Part shown: positions 1-12,697 of the stretch, in pieces | How the letters are laid out: every line of letters starts with the position of its first letter | Numbering within the stretch: position 1 is the stretch's first letter | NCBI RefSeq assembly: GCF_018350175.1 | Contig: NC_058368.1 | Coordinates: 196,046,001-196,110,000 of the forward strand | Origin: Felis catus | Taxonomy: Eukaryota | DNA length: 64,000 nucleotides | Direction: 5' to 3' | The notes under the pieces: model-generated | Told to the model about the DNA's origin: nothing | Database searches by the model: none | What the model saw: only the letters and a program-made list of their open reading frames with translations | Made by a program: the position numbers and the translations under genes

Positions 1-1774
1 GAGGGGGCCTCTGAGCCTCCCAAGTCCCCAGTCTGGGTCCAGGAGTCAGGGTCCCCTTGGTGGCTACACAGGTGGAGGAGGAGGCCAGTCCTGCCCTGGA
101 GCTCCCCTCAGCCCTGCAGGCCTGCAGGTCAGCTGGACCTCCTCCCCCAATCCTCCCAGGGCCCACAGGCCCCGGGCCAGGCTTGGCTTCCGGAGCTGCC
201 GCCACCTTGGCCGGCTACACCACACATGGTTTCAATCAGCAGCCTGCGGGATGAATGGTGCCTTGTGAGAGCTCCACGGGGCTCACCTCGCGCACAACAG
301 CCAGGTGGGGCACCCTCGGGGAGGCAGGAGTGCAAGGGGACGTCAGGTGGGGGACGAGCCGGGGGTGCAGGACAGCACAGAGGGAGGAGCCAGGACCTTG
401 TGGTCAGACGGGGTGAGGTCCCAGCCCGGCCACCCACAACGCGCCAGACATCTCCAGGCCTCGGCTCAGGTCTCCGGGTAAAGGGGAGCAACGAGCCCCA
501 TCAGGGGGTTGTGAGCATTCAGGGAGATGATGCCTAGCACGCCGTGAGGGGCTGGCACACAGTAGGCGCTCTGTACCTGGCGTCCCACCTGTCAGGGAAC
601 CGGGAGCAGGAGGCTCACAAACTCGATTTAATGGGGAAGGGAGAGGAGGCGACTTCATTTGTGAAGGGGGGAGGCTGCCATCAGCTGCCTCCGCCAGCCG
701 CCTCCACAAGGCCAAGGGGCCTCCCACAGGGAGCTCTAGAAGCAGGCCCCAGGTCCGTGAAGGGGGGAGACGCCGCACCCCAGCCCTGTTGGAGAGGAGA
801 GCTTGAGGGTAGCCGGCACAAGTCATAAGTAATGTTTACTGAGTACTGAGTGGAGGCTGCCCTCCGTGCCTCCTTCTGTGGATGTTTCCATTTTACACAC
901 AATAAAACTATGACTCAGAAGGGGAAGGTGACCAGGCTACAGCCACACAGCTGGTGAGACGCAGAGCTGGGATGTGAGACCATGCGATGGGTGGCCGGCA
1001 CGGGGCACCCCCCACCCACCACCAACGGAGATGAGAGCTCATTTTCTGAGGGTCTCTCGTGGACAGGGCGGGTGGGGGCCGTGCTTCCTGGCATCCCCAC
1101 TCAGCCTCTTTTCCCGTCCACAGAGCTTTCAGTGACCCAGTCTGGGGTGCGCAATGACCCAGGTCCTCTGCCCTGCCTCCTGCCCACCACCAGGCAGAGT
1201 CCGGTGCAGAGTGTGGCCTCTGGGCATCTGAGAATAGAGAGGTGGGAGGGAGGCAGGGGCAAAAAAACCTCATCATGTTTCTTTGCGCTGAACCAGTATG
1301 CGGGTCCTGTCAGCACTGGGATAACAGGCAGACCCCTTACCCCGTGGACAAGGCCCCGTGGACCCCACAAAAGCCTCAAGCTTCATGACCCCTCCTTCCT
1401 CTCCACCCCGCCGCCTCCACTCTCCAGGCTAAGACCCTTCGGATGCTGGCAGCCCGTGGCTATCCAGCCCTCTCCTCCAGGCTTTGCCCAGGATTTCACC
1501 TGCCTGGAACCCTCTCCTGCCCCACCCTGGCTAGCCAGTCCCCCAAATCCCAGCCAACCGAGCACTCTGTGCACGAGGATGCCCGATCTGCCGCACCGGG
1601 CTCCAGGGCATCCCTTCATGTGTTTCTGGGAGCAGAGCCCTGGGTCCTTGTGGACCTCCTGTGGGATTGGCCCCAAATTCAGAATCTAATCTAGATCTGC
1701 AGGGGAAGGAAATGAATCCCCTCTGTTGGAGATGGGATGCCACCTTTTCAGACTGGTTTTCTCTTATCCTTTTC

Positions 1775-1986
1775 TTTTATTTATTATTTTGAGAGAGAGT
1801 CAGGGAGAGAGAGAGTACATGCGCAAGTTGGGGAGGGGCAGAGAGAGAGGGAGGGAGAGAGAGAGACTCCCAAGCTGGCTCTGCAGGGCTGAGCCCGATG
1901 CAGGGCTGGAACCCACAAACTGCGAGATCATGACCCGACTTGAGCCAAAGTCAGATGCTCAACCCACTGAGCCACCCAGGCGCCCC
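1775..1986 (-). mobile_element. Can-SINE (SINEC)
   Basis: Reverse complement of ggggcgcctgggtggctcag head, (CT)n and A-rich tail. Confidence 0.9.
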
Positions 1987-2587
1987 TCTAATTCCTTTTC
2001 TGACTCAGCCATCTATGGAGTCAAGCGGGCTGCCCTCCTGTGGAGACAAGGGGGTCATTCGCTGAGCAGCTCATCTCTAGCTCTCAGCCCTTCAGTGGTT
2101 CCCTGTGCTCCACTGAGAAACCATTTCTGGAGCACAGTTTAAAGAGCAAGACTTTCCTGCTGCTTTCTGTATGGACAGAATATCCATCTCAAGTAGCACC
2201 AGCTCAGCCAGGAGCCGGGTGTGCACAGCTCACCGGGTGCCCCCTGGCCACCCTGACGCCCTTGCCCTCTGGTGTGATGGGTCAGTAAGGGCCATTAGAG
2301 AAAGCAGCCTTGTAGAAATAACTATGGACAGTCTTCAAGGGTTAAGCCGCATAAATATTCAGCGTGGCTTTGTTTATGGTACTAAAAATCTAACACGATG
2401 CACATATTCAACCATCAAATACAGTATGGTACATTCACAAACTGAACCCCATAAGGAGGAATTTTTAATGACACCAGAAGATCGTCATAATTTATCACTA
2501 AGAGAAAAAAACAGCAGATTATGAAACATTAATGTGGGAAGAGGGAAACCAGCCTCTGGGCAGATATGTAAAAGGAGTGGGGGAGGG

Positions 2588-2793
2588 GGGGCACCTGGGT
2601 GGCTCAGTTGGGTGAGCATCCGACTCTTGATTTCGGCTCAGGTCACAATCTCAGGGTTTGTGAGTTCGAGCTCCGCATTGGGCTCAGCACTGGCAGTGTG
2701 GAGCCTCCTTGGGATTCTCTGTCTCCCGCTCTCTCTGCCCCTCCTCCAGTCGCTCACTCTCTCTCAAAAATAAGTAAGTAACCATTAAAAAAA
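2588..2793 (+). mobile_element. Can-SINE (SINEC)
   Basis: ggggcacctgggtggctcagttggg...gagttcgag...ctctctc, A tail. Confidence 0.9.
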
Positions 2794-4953
2794 GAAGAAG
2801 AAGTAGGGTTGTAGGCTAGGAGTATAGACTTGGAAGCTAGAAAGCCTGGGCCCAAGGGCAGACTTGGCCACACTAGAGCCAGGAGACGATGGACAAGTCT
2901 CCAAACCTAAACGCTAGACTTGCATCATCTATCAAATAGGAAGGACTCTGGTCCTGTGACGTCTCAGGCACTTAGCACAGTGAGACTAGCACAGACCAAG
3001 CATCCAATAAACATTGCAGCTTTTATGATTGTATACACCAAAATGTGGGCAGTACTTGCTGTGTGGAGTGATTTCAATTGTCTTAGGATTGGCTGATTTG
3101 TATTTTTAAAACTTTCTGAAACAAATGTGAATTCCTTGTATTAATTTCAAAAATAGAAACAAGCACGACCCGCACAAGGAAGCAGCTGGTTTCCCACCAG
3201 CGTGTTGCTGAGGACGTCACTCCCGACGATGCACCGATGAGATTTTCTGGGAGAAACTGATCTGCTTTTGGTGTCAGGTTTCCCTGAACACCCCGGCTGC
3301 CTGGAGGCTTCGAGCCACAGCGGGGTGCCTAACCTCAATGTCCAGTGGGGGGGGGGGGGGATCACTGAAATCCACTACGACCCAGCGATACAGCGTGTGG
3401 AGGACAATGCGTGAAGGAGTCCCACCAAAGAGTTAGAAGCGTGACCCCAGCGACCAGACCAGGAGGACACATGCTTCAGATTCTGTTTACTTCCCTGGTG
3501 CTTGCAATTCTTTCAAACAATCTCGTATCACAATAAAAAAATGGAAATGATACGATCGGCTACAGTAGAGAAACGCTTAATAACACGTAAAAATGTGGAC
3601 AACTTGTTACGGTTAAGAAGAGATTTGAGAAACAGAATGCCAGTGTTTTCTCATTTCTACAAAAACAACTTTACACGTCCGACAGAAGGGCAAAGTCCTG
3701 AAACGTGAACTGTGGTTTTCCCGAGTGGTGGGACACATTTTCATTTTCTCATTTGTCTGTATGTTTTCAATTTTCCACAATTGACATCTATAACTTTAGT
3801 GATTTAAAAAAAAAAAAAAAAAGGGTACTTTCTTAAAAGGAAAGATTTGGCCCAAGATTTGGCCCGAATTTGTAGCCTTTGTCTTGCCTCCACTTTCTCC
3901 CCTCCCCCACAGGCCTGTTTTCTCACCTGATTTTAATTGGCGCCATCGTGCTGTCCTTTCCGTGTCCCTGAAAAAGGCCCGAAATCCTTGTGGGAGCAAG
4001 GCGAGGCAGAAGCCAGGGCCCAGGTCCAGCCCGCTGCTCCCCATCAGTGGTCCCCCGGCACCCCACGCCGCCTCCTCGAGTACTGTTCTAATTAGCGGGG
4101 ACGCTAAGCAGACCCAAAGGCGGAACTATAAACACCAGAGGCAAAGACCCATAAACAGCTGGGTAACTGACTCCAGCTTGTGCAGATGGGCCTGGCCCTC
4201 CTTCACACTAATGGCTGGGTGGGGGCTGGGCTAGCCATTGAGGACGTGCCTCCGCCTCCCCTCCTTAGACCACAAGCTGCTATGAGCCAGGCAGTTAGAA
4301 TATTGGTGCGTTAGTCTTAGGTGAGCTTATATCCACATGGGCAGGGGGTTTGAGGACCAAGGATCTTCAAGGTCCCCTGAGCCCCATTACCTGCCCCGGG
4401 GCCTCAACTTACCTATCTGTAAAATGGGGAAGAGAGGAACTAAGAGACTAAATGGGCCTTCTTAGCTCTACCACATCATGCCTAAATGTATATACTGGAA
4501 CTAAATGCCTATGATATACCTAACTAATATAATAAAAATATATACCATGTGATAATATAAACATATGCTACAATAAAATTATCTGCACTGTAACCTAAAC
4601 ATCATATTATATATTATTGCATCATACTCTTCAATCTTGTATTTCTGTTTTTTTTTATGACCATCTACGGATATCTGTGATCAGAGAGTATAGAGAGGCA
4701 AGCCAGGAAGACTTCCTGTATGAAGAGAGATTTAAGGGCTGTGGATTTGACAGGCAGGAAAAACAAGCCTCCAAAAAAGTCATAATGGAGGGGAAGGGAG
4801 AGTCTTGAAAGAGAAGAGATTTACGGTACTTTTGCGACATCATCTGGGGCAGGGATGGATCCATGCCTATCTCCTACCCTAGAAGCACACAGCCTGGGGC
4901 TGTAGAGAGCAGGAAGAAAATACGCTGGATGGAAATGACCAAGACTTGCTGGT

Positions 4954-5345
4954 TGTGAGAAATAAGCTCACCGCCCCAATCAATGGGGGGACACGGAGCC
5001 TCGGAGCACAGTGAAGCAGGCTTTAACGAACGTTCCTTTAAGGGCGGGTGTCTGACGAAGAAGCACACTCGGCGGTTACAGCAGGCAATTTATCTCCTAG
5101 CGTGCAAGTCCCTCCCCTGATTCCTCATTGGCTGAGCACTACAGAGGTTACAGCCTTACCGGAAGTGGCTTATGCCCATGTAAGGCAACAAGTAGTCTGA
5201 TGGGAACAAATGAACATTCCTTGAGGTGATGCGAAGACTTCAGTTCTTTGGTGCATGCTCATTGCAAAGCCTGCAAAAAACAACCCCTCGAAATGGAGAG
5301 GGGAAGAAGAACCAGGAAATGAAGTGTCTAAGGCTTTGGGACTCC

Positions 5346-5386
<41 letters not shown>

Positions 5387-5508
5387 TCGGCTGCGGGCAG
5401 GGGCGGGGGGGGGGCATTCATGCATATTTCCAATAGGTTGTAAACCTGTTGGTAATCAGCACAGTTTTTATTTGGTATTTCTGAAAATGAATCATCTCAC
5501 TTCTCACA
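4954..5508 (-). mobile_element. Solo ERV LTR (555 bp), family not assigned
   Basis: 8-bp inverted termini TGTGAGAA...TTCTCACA; on minus strand CCAAT (5131-5127), TATA-like GATAAAT (5094-5088) and polyA-like GTTAAA (5027-5022) in U3-R-U5 order; flanks ctggt/ccggc. Confidence 0.7.
5349..5384 (+). repeat. (TG)~18 microsatellite inside the LTR
   Basis: Direct reading. Confidence 0.95.
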
Positions 5509-6916
5509 CCGGCCTCTGATGACACAACAGAACCCCAGGGGAACTTGGTAGAGCACAGATTCCTGGCCTCTTCCCAGAGTTCCTGAATCAGAATCTGGAG
5601 CAGCAGGGCCAGGTGTTTGAATTTCAGGAACCGCTCGGTTGATGCTGAGGCAGGAAGTGTCCCTGTCTGGCACAGGTGGATGTTTGGGAACCCACGGTCC
5701 AGAGTTCCTAGTGGCTGGGGACCGAATGTGGGGTAGAGGTAGATTCTACCCTGCTCCGTGCCTGAGCTTGCACAATAGAGCCCCGTGGGCTTCAGGCTGT
5801 GGGGCCTCACAGACCAACGACTCCAGCTGTGTGATCCTGGCAGAGCTACTTAACCTTCCTGAACCTCAGATTCCTCATCTATATAATGGGGATGATGCTA
5901 ATACTTACCTCCGAGGGCTGTTGCGAGGGTTAAAAGAGATAGTCCTTAACAAGCAGAGGGCCTGCCTGACACACTGAGAAATGCTTTGTAGTATTCACAT
6001 AATTTATTGATGTTATTATTTATAATATTATTACCCCACCTCCGTTAACCACCAGCCCAGCCTTCGGTGGAGACATTCCCACACTCTAGCTGTGAGAAGC
6101 TGGGGTGAGACTGCCCCTAGGTGGACACAGTCTAGACTGCACCGGATAAACCACCCACTAGAGGGTGAGTCAAACTACAAACTCCATTTCTCCCCCCTTA
6201 TCTGTAAGTACTTCGGCGTGAACTTCTTGAGAAAAATTACAGACTCTTAACAATAATTAAAATTAGGAAATTTAATACTGATACAATACTACTATCCAAT
6301 CCACACAGTTCATGTTCACGTTTTGCCGCTTGTCCCTACAGGGTCCTTTATAGCTAATTGTTTCCTGGTCTGGGGCCCCTCCAGGGTCACCCATGACATG
6401 CGATTGCCAGGTGTCTTTAGTTTCCTTTCATTCTGAACCATTTCTCAGCCTTTATCTTTCACGACCATGACATTTTTAGAGGTCAGGCCAGTTATTTTGC
6501 AAATCGTCTCTCAACAGAGATGTATCTGCTGGCTAGATCCGTGTTATGCTTTTGTCAGAAATCTCACAGGTGTTCAGCTGCCTCCATCTCATACCGTGTC
6601 GGGTTGTCCAGGACTGCTGATGTGGGCTCACACCCCCCCCCCCCATGTTAGCATGTGGGCGCTGGGCTCCGAGGGCCAGAGACTGTCGGCAAGTCTCACA
6701 GCTGGTCAGGATCCTCCACTCAGGATCTTGACGGGTGCTCAGGATAGCTGTGGCAAAGCGAGAACTTCCCCCCCACTGCCTGGGGCTCTGATGGGGGCCA
6801 AACGGCGAACTGCTGGGTCAAGGCCAGCTGTGTGGCCTTCATGGCATCATCCTTACAAGCCCCCTTTCTATGAACCCATTTTCATTCCAAAAATGATACA
6901 CAAATATCCTATCTTT

Positions 6917-7010
6917 ATATTTTTAATTTATTTATTTTGAGAGAGCAAAAGAGCATGTGCACACGGAAAGGGAAGAGAGAGGGAGAGAGAGAGAATCCCA
7001 AGCAGGCTCC
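6917..7010 (-). mobile_element. 5'-truncated Can-SINE
   Basis: ttttaatttatttattttgagagag...gagagaatcccaagcaggctcc matches the SINEC 3' half in reverse. Confidence 0.75.
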
Positions 7011-7375
7011 AGTCCCAGGAAAAATATACACTATGTAGCATTCTTTCCAAAAATGGTCACACTATAGGCCAGTCTCACAGAAATTTTCAGGACTTGAAGA
7101 CGGAGCTAATTATTTTCAACTGCATCATCACGTTCCAGCCTGTGGTGACACTAGGCTACTTAGCTGATCCCCTGTGGATGGACACCTAGGTTGTTTCCAG
7201 TATTTTACGATTATGAAACACACTGCTCTATGCACATGACCCAGGGCTTCACTGAGGAAAATGCCTACTTTGGGGAGCCTAGACTGTATCAGATTCCCTG
7301 GACTCCTCCTCAATTAGGGGAGGAGAGTCTAATATGCCTTTATTCACCCAACCTATTGGAAATGCAGAATCTTAA

Positions 7376-7498
7376 GGGGTGCCTGGGTGGCTCCATTGGC
7401 TGAGTGTCCAACTCATGATTTCGGCTCAGGTCATGATCCCAGGGTCATGGGATCGAGCCCTGCATTGGGCTCCGTGCTGAGCATGGAGCCTGCTTAAG

Positions 7499-7546
<48 letters not shown>

Positions 7547-7609
7547 TGCCCCTCTCCCCAACTCATGCTCTCTCTCCATATATATAAAATGAAAAAAATA
7601 AATAATAAA
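7376..7609 (+). mobile_element. Can-SINE with TSD
   Basis: SINEC head, long (TC)n; TSD gaaatgcag(a/c)atctt on both sides. Confidence 0.9.
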
Positions 7610-8734
7610 GAAATGCAGCATCTTGGGACCTCTGAGAGCAGCTGGGTTGGATTTTCACAATGTGTTTCAAGGAGTTTTAGGGTTCCAAGATAGTCTGGGG
7701 GACAGAGAGGAGGAATTAGCTGGTGAGAGTCTGGACCCTGACCCCACTCCAATCGGAGCACCCCTGCCTTTACCTGGTTTCCAATTTTCTCTTTTAAAAA
7801 TTAGTATTAGCTATTTTAAAATTCAAAAACCTCTGATGCAGCCTGACCCCCTTAACTGGCACAGGACTCCTTTCTGTAGCATACCTTCTGGAACTGCTCC
7901 CATTAGTGCGGCCTCCAGCCACAAACTGTGGGTGACACCACACGACCTGTACCGAGCTCCCAGCTGACAAACTTCAAGGGTCCCTGCAGGTGCTGCTCTC
8001 GTGCCCAGAGGCTGGCATTTTGTTATGTTCCCAGCTGTGCCCTTGTTCGCCCCTCGACAGCCGTCCACGTTCCGGTGGACCTTCTCTGGCTCGCACTCAG
8101 TGGCCTGGTTCAGTGTTCCCGAATCTTCCTGTGTATCAGGGGGTTAAAATGCACTTCACTGGGTCCCACTCAAAGGTTCTGAAAGAATGGATTTTGGGGT
8201 GCCCGGGAATGTACATTGTTTTAAAGCTTCGCAGGGGGATCTGAGGGAGCAGGTCCAGAGCCCCATGTTGTAGACGGTGGGCCGGGGCCTCTGTCAAGCT
8301 TGGCCCTCAATCAGGCTGGGAGGGCTAGACAGTCACGTGTTTTAACCACAGTTTGGTTGCTCAGACAGTGGGACTCTCCAAATTAATTAGAATCCACAGG
8401 ACTCATCGATCAAAGCCAGGGTTTCCCAAAACGGGGTGCCTCAGGGTGCTGGAGGTTACAATGCAGATGGCTGGGCCCCACTCCACATCTGCCAGAGATG
8501 TGCCACTTCTCGGGAAGTGTGGCCTGGGGATCTGCATTTTAAGCCGGTTCTCCAAGAACAGCCAGTGAGCCCAACTTCCTCCATATCCCTCAGAGACGAG
8601 GGAAACAGCATCAAAGAGTAAAATGCCTTCTCCCCCCCCCCCACCCCCGTCACCATCCACAGGGTGGCCACACTGGCTGTGGTGCAGACCCCCTGGATCT
8701 CCACCCCTCCCCTGCAGGCCTTTCAAAAAGTTCA

Positions 8735-8785
8735 GAGAGACAAGACAGACATGACCAGTGCATACAAATAGAACCCCACTTTATT
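8735..8785 (-). terminator. NDST1 polyadenylation signal AATAAA (8785-8780) plus GU-rich downstream element
   Basis: Minus strand reads TGTACAA...AATAAAgtggggttctatttgtatgcactggtcatgtctgtcttgtctctctg: upstream UGUA, hexamer, then a GU/U-rich tract. Confidence 0.75.
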
Positions 8786-9969
8786 AGCAGTTAGTTCGAG
8801 ATTGTACATTAATGGAGGAAGGTTCCCACTTTTAACACAACCCAAAACGGCTGGTTCGAGAGCCCTGATCGGGTGAGCTGGGTAGCATCCCCTCTCCCCC
8901 CTCTCCCCACCCCACACAAGGGAAGGAAACCTCTGTCTGCTCCCCTAGTGTGCCCCCCACCCTCTCCAGTCAGCCCTCTCCTCTCCCCAGGAAATGACAT
9001 GAATTTCATGCACAAATTACAAAAGGAGCCCTCTTGCTTATAATAAAAGCTAGCACAGTCATAGAAAACCCTCTCCTCCTTCATTCTCCTCAAGGGCCAG
9101 AGAGAGGAAGGAAAGAGGGAGGGATGAACTCATTAGGATAAAACACAGCCAGAGTCTCCCCAGGCCCTTGACGATGACCCTTCACAAAGCCCATGCCCGT
9201 CCCCTGTGGGAACTAAAAACATCTCTGGCTGTCGGAGCTGGCAAGGGCAAGCCCTGGGGGGGCAGCCAGCATTGCCTTGAGGGCGGGGACCTGGGCCCTC
9301 CACCCTCACTTCACCTAGAGCAGACCCGCTTCCTTCTTTGACATTTGAAAACCCCTGCTTTAGCCCCATCTGCTCATGCTACAAGTGGAGAAACTGAGGC
9401 CCTGGGAGGAAAACTGTCACGCAGCTACTAAATGTACCCAGTTGGGACGCAATTTCACATCTCCTGCCTCCAGCCCAGTGCTCTTCTCCTCACACCACAG
9501 CTTGGGGGAGGCAGTTCCCCAGCTAGGCCCTTCCCTGGTGCATCCCAGGGGCCTGGCTCTGCTCCAGTGCACACAGACCATGGGCCTCTGGGAAGTAAAA
9601 ACCAGGAGGCCACAAAACAGAGAAAGAGGGAGACACAGAGAGAGAGAGAGAGAGAGAGATTCTATTTGGTGCCGTGTGGTCCATCGCCAGGATCAGAGCG
9701 GGTAGCACAGGGTTTTCTGAGCCAGAGGCATCTCCTTCCCAGAGGGCCCAGCCTCCTCCCCCTAGGGGGCACCCAGGGCCAGCTGCAATGGCCACCCCCT
9801 TGCCCTCCCCTGAGCTCCTGGAACCCCATCCAGCCCTTCTGCCGGTTTGGCACTTGGTACAGGTGACGGCAGAGGGGCATCTCAGGCCGGGATGAAGTTG
9901 TCGAGTCAGCACAAAAGGCAAAAATCCATACGGCCTGAATTCCCCTTGACAAGACAGGGGCTGGAGGAA

Positions 9970-10490
9970 CATATTCTATGACACCATGAAGAAATGATCA
10001 GACAGACCCAGCATGTGGCACTCGGACAGGACAGCAGGCCTGCTCTCCTCAGAAATAACGTCATTTAAAAAAAATCAAAGTGAGCGGAGAGAGGATTTTT
10101 CAGCATTTCAAGAGACTGAGCGACAACCACAGTTATAAGGTACCATATATGCACCTTGACAGGATCCTGATTCCCAAACCAGGTATGAGTTACCTGGGGG
10201 ACAAGTGAATATAGACTGAACAGCGGATGTTCTTAGGAAATCACTGCGGTCTTGGGTGTGCTACAGGCCAATTATGGAGGACAACGTCCTAACTCTTAGG
10301 GGACCCAGGCGGAAGCGTTTTGGTAAAGTCTCATGATATTTGCAGCAACTTACTTTTAAACTAATTCAGAAAAAAAATGTACACGCACAGAGAGCGAGAG
10401 AGAGAGAAAGAGAGAGAGAGAAAACAAATGCGACAACGTGTTCATTTGAAATCTAGATGGAGGGTACTGGGTGTTCAAAATAAAAGAATT
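9970..10490 (+). mobile_element. Probable old L1 (L1M-type) 3' fragment inside the NDST1 3'UTR
   Basis: AT-richer segment with L1M-3'-end-like phrases (gcaacttacttttaaactaattcagaaaaaaaatg, gaaatctagatggagggtactgggtgttca); by eye only. Confidence 0.45.
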
Positions 10491-12651
10491 GGTAAAACAT
10501 GTTTTCACTTGCTCCTTTACCAACAAACCCATGGGGGACCCCTCCCCACTGAGACCACCAATCTCTGGGGGGTCAGCCTAGTTTTCCTCCACTGGAAACA
10601 GACCACTGCTCCCTCATCTGGGCCCCGGAGGTGCTGGCCCTCCGACGCACAGGCTTGGAAGAGGCCCATCTTTAAACTTCAGGCTCACCCTCCGAGCACA
10701 AGACGCCTGCACTACGGGCGGCTCTAGAACCCCAGGTGACTCGGGCAGCTGCAGGTGACCATGACACCTGTGCCCTCCCCCAGCAAAGGCTTGTGGAAAA
10801 GATGGCAGAATGGATGGTGGAGTCAGCTACATGACTTAAGCTATTTCTCTTTCTCCCTCTCTCTCTCTGTCTCTTTTATTTTTTGGCCAAACACAGTGAA
10901 TTAGCGAACATTAAAGATGCTGCGATGCTGTACCCATTTGCACCTCTCGTGTGGAGGATCTGTGTGCTCAGTAGCTGAGAGCCCCTAGAGGGATTTATGT
11001 GTCCCGCTCCCCAATATCCACAGGTCCTGGCAGTGGGTCCACAAGAAAGATTCATCAGTGGGAAAGGAAGTCGCAGTGACCAGACAGACCTAGAACATGG
11101 GGCAGGTCAAGTCCCTAGCCTCCCAGAAGGGCCTGGACAAAATGCTCCAATATTTCCTCTGCTCCCACAGGGTCCCACAGGGTCCCACAGGGTCTCAAAA
11201 CTGCCTGCTCCTTCCTGGAGCCAGAGGCGGAGAGAAATGGAGCTGCCTGCCCTCCAGGCCTTCTGAGCTCCCGGAGGTGGGAGCAGGCGTCCAGACACAG
11301 AGGGTACATTTCAACAGGTGGGAGCTGCGAGCTCTTCACAGGCCACGGAGCTCGAAGGTGGGGGACGACGCTGGGGTCTGCACTACGGAAGACCCCGTCC
11401 TGCGAGTCTGGGCCGTGGCACCAGCAAGCGTTCACGGGCGTACGAGCAGGCACACCACCCTGTCCTCAGACACTCTGTTCCTCATCCCCGGCGGGGTCGA
11501 CACTGCCCGGGGTTCCCAGGCTCAAAGGCCCCGAGGAGAAGCATGATGGGAAGGCTTCTCTCGCAGGACAGCGGACCCACACGCAGCTCTTCTGCTGAGT
11601 ATCCACCCAGGGAAGAACTTGAAAAGAGGGGACGGGTTCAGAGCTCAGCCAGACCCGGCCCCCCCGCACACTGGGGAAGGACCTCTTGGGGAGAGCAAGG
11701 CAGGACTGCAAATGCAGATCAGGAACTGAGAAGGCTCAAAGGCACCCTGGCTGGGAAGGAGTGGTTTGTCCCCTATCCTGGAATGACCACGGGTGTGACT
11801 GAGGGAGGGACAGGAACCTGGCACAGAGTAGGGTCCCAAGGATGGGCTCAGAGGCAGTGTGGCATTGGAAGAAGAGCACTGGACCCAGAATCGGGAGCCT
11901 CAGATTCAGTTCTCAGCTCCGCGTGCACCCAGTTCTGAGACATCGGCCAAGGAGGCCGCCTCCCCTTTCTGGACCTGTTTCCATACCCGTCAAAGGACCC
12001 TTCCAGCCCCAAGATGCTAGAGTCTTCCGAACAGGACGAGGCTCTCCAGAAAGGGATTCCTGGAGGTGGGCTGGAAGCTAACCTGGCAGTGGGAGGGGCT
12101 GGGGACAGGCGCCCAGCCTTCGTCACTTCACATTGTTAAAGAAGGGGGTAGGAGCAGACCCTAACCAGAAAACAGCCCCGAGATCCCATGGTCTGTGGCG
12201 GGGGAGGGGGGCCTGGAGACAGTTCAGTGGGTCCCAGCGGGCAGTCCGGCTCCCAGGGCAGCTCCCAACCTAGCACCATATGAGGGGGAGGGGACAGGCT
12301 GGCCTTCGGCCCCCCAGCCTCCCGCCCCAGCCCTGCTGTTGCCTTTGGCCAGAATTTCTCCAGGGTCACTGTGCTTCACGAAGCCAGGTTTCCTGGAGGG
12401 AGTAGGTCTCTCCTGTTCATCTCACCACCCCAGTTCATCCGCGGTAGCCCCAGGACAACCGCGACACTTGGGGAAGGAACAGAGACCTCTCCAAGGGACA
12501 CCTCCAAACTGTCTCCTGGAGGCCCGGACATATGAAGACACACGCCCTCCTCCATCCTACCATCCCATTCTCTAGCACTGAGATGTGACACTGGGGCTTG
12601 CCACCATTTTGTATGACTGAATTAAAAATAAACCCAACCAAAAAAAATAGA

Positions 12652-12697
12652 ATATATATATATACACATTATATATATATATATATATATATATATA
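12652..12697. repeat. Interrupted (TA)n microsatellite in the 3'UTR
   Basis: Direct reading. Confidence 0.9.

Noticed and set aside
982..1689. 235-aa ORF
   Set aside because: Pro/Ser-rich, no domain, no exon-like structure; expected by chance in GC-rich DNA
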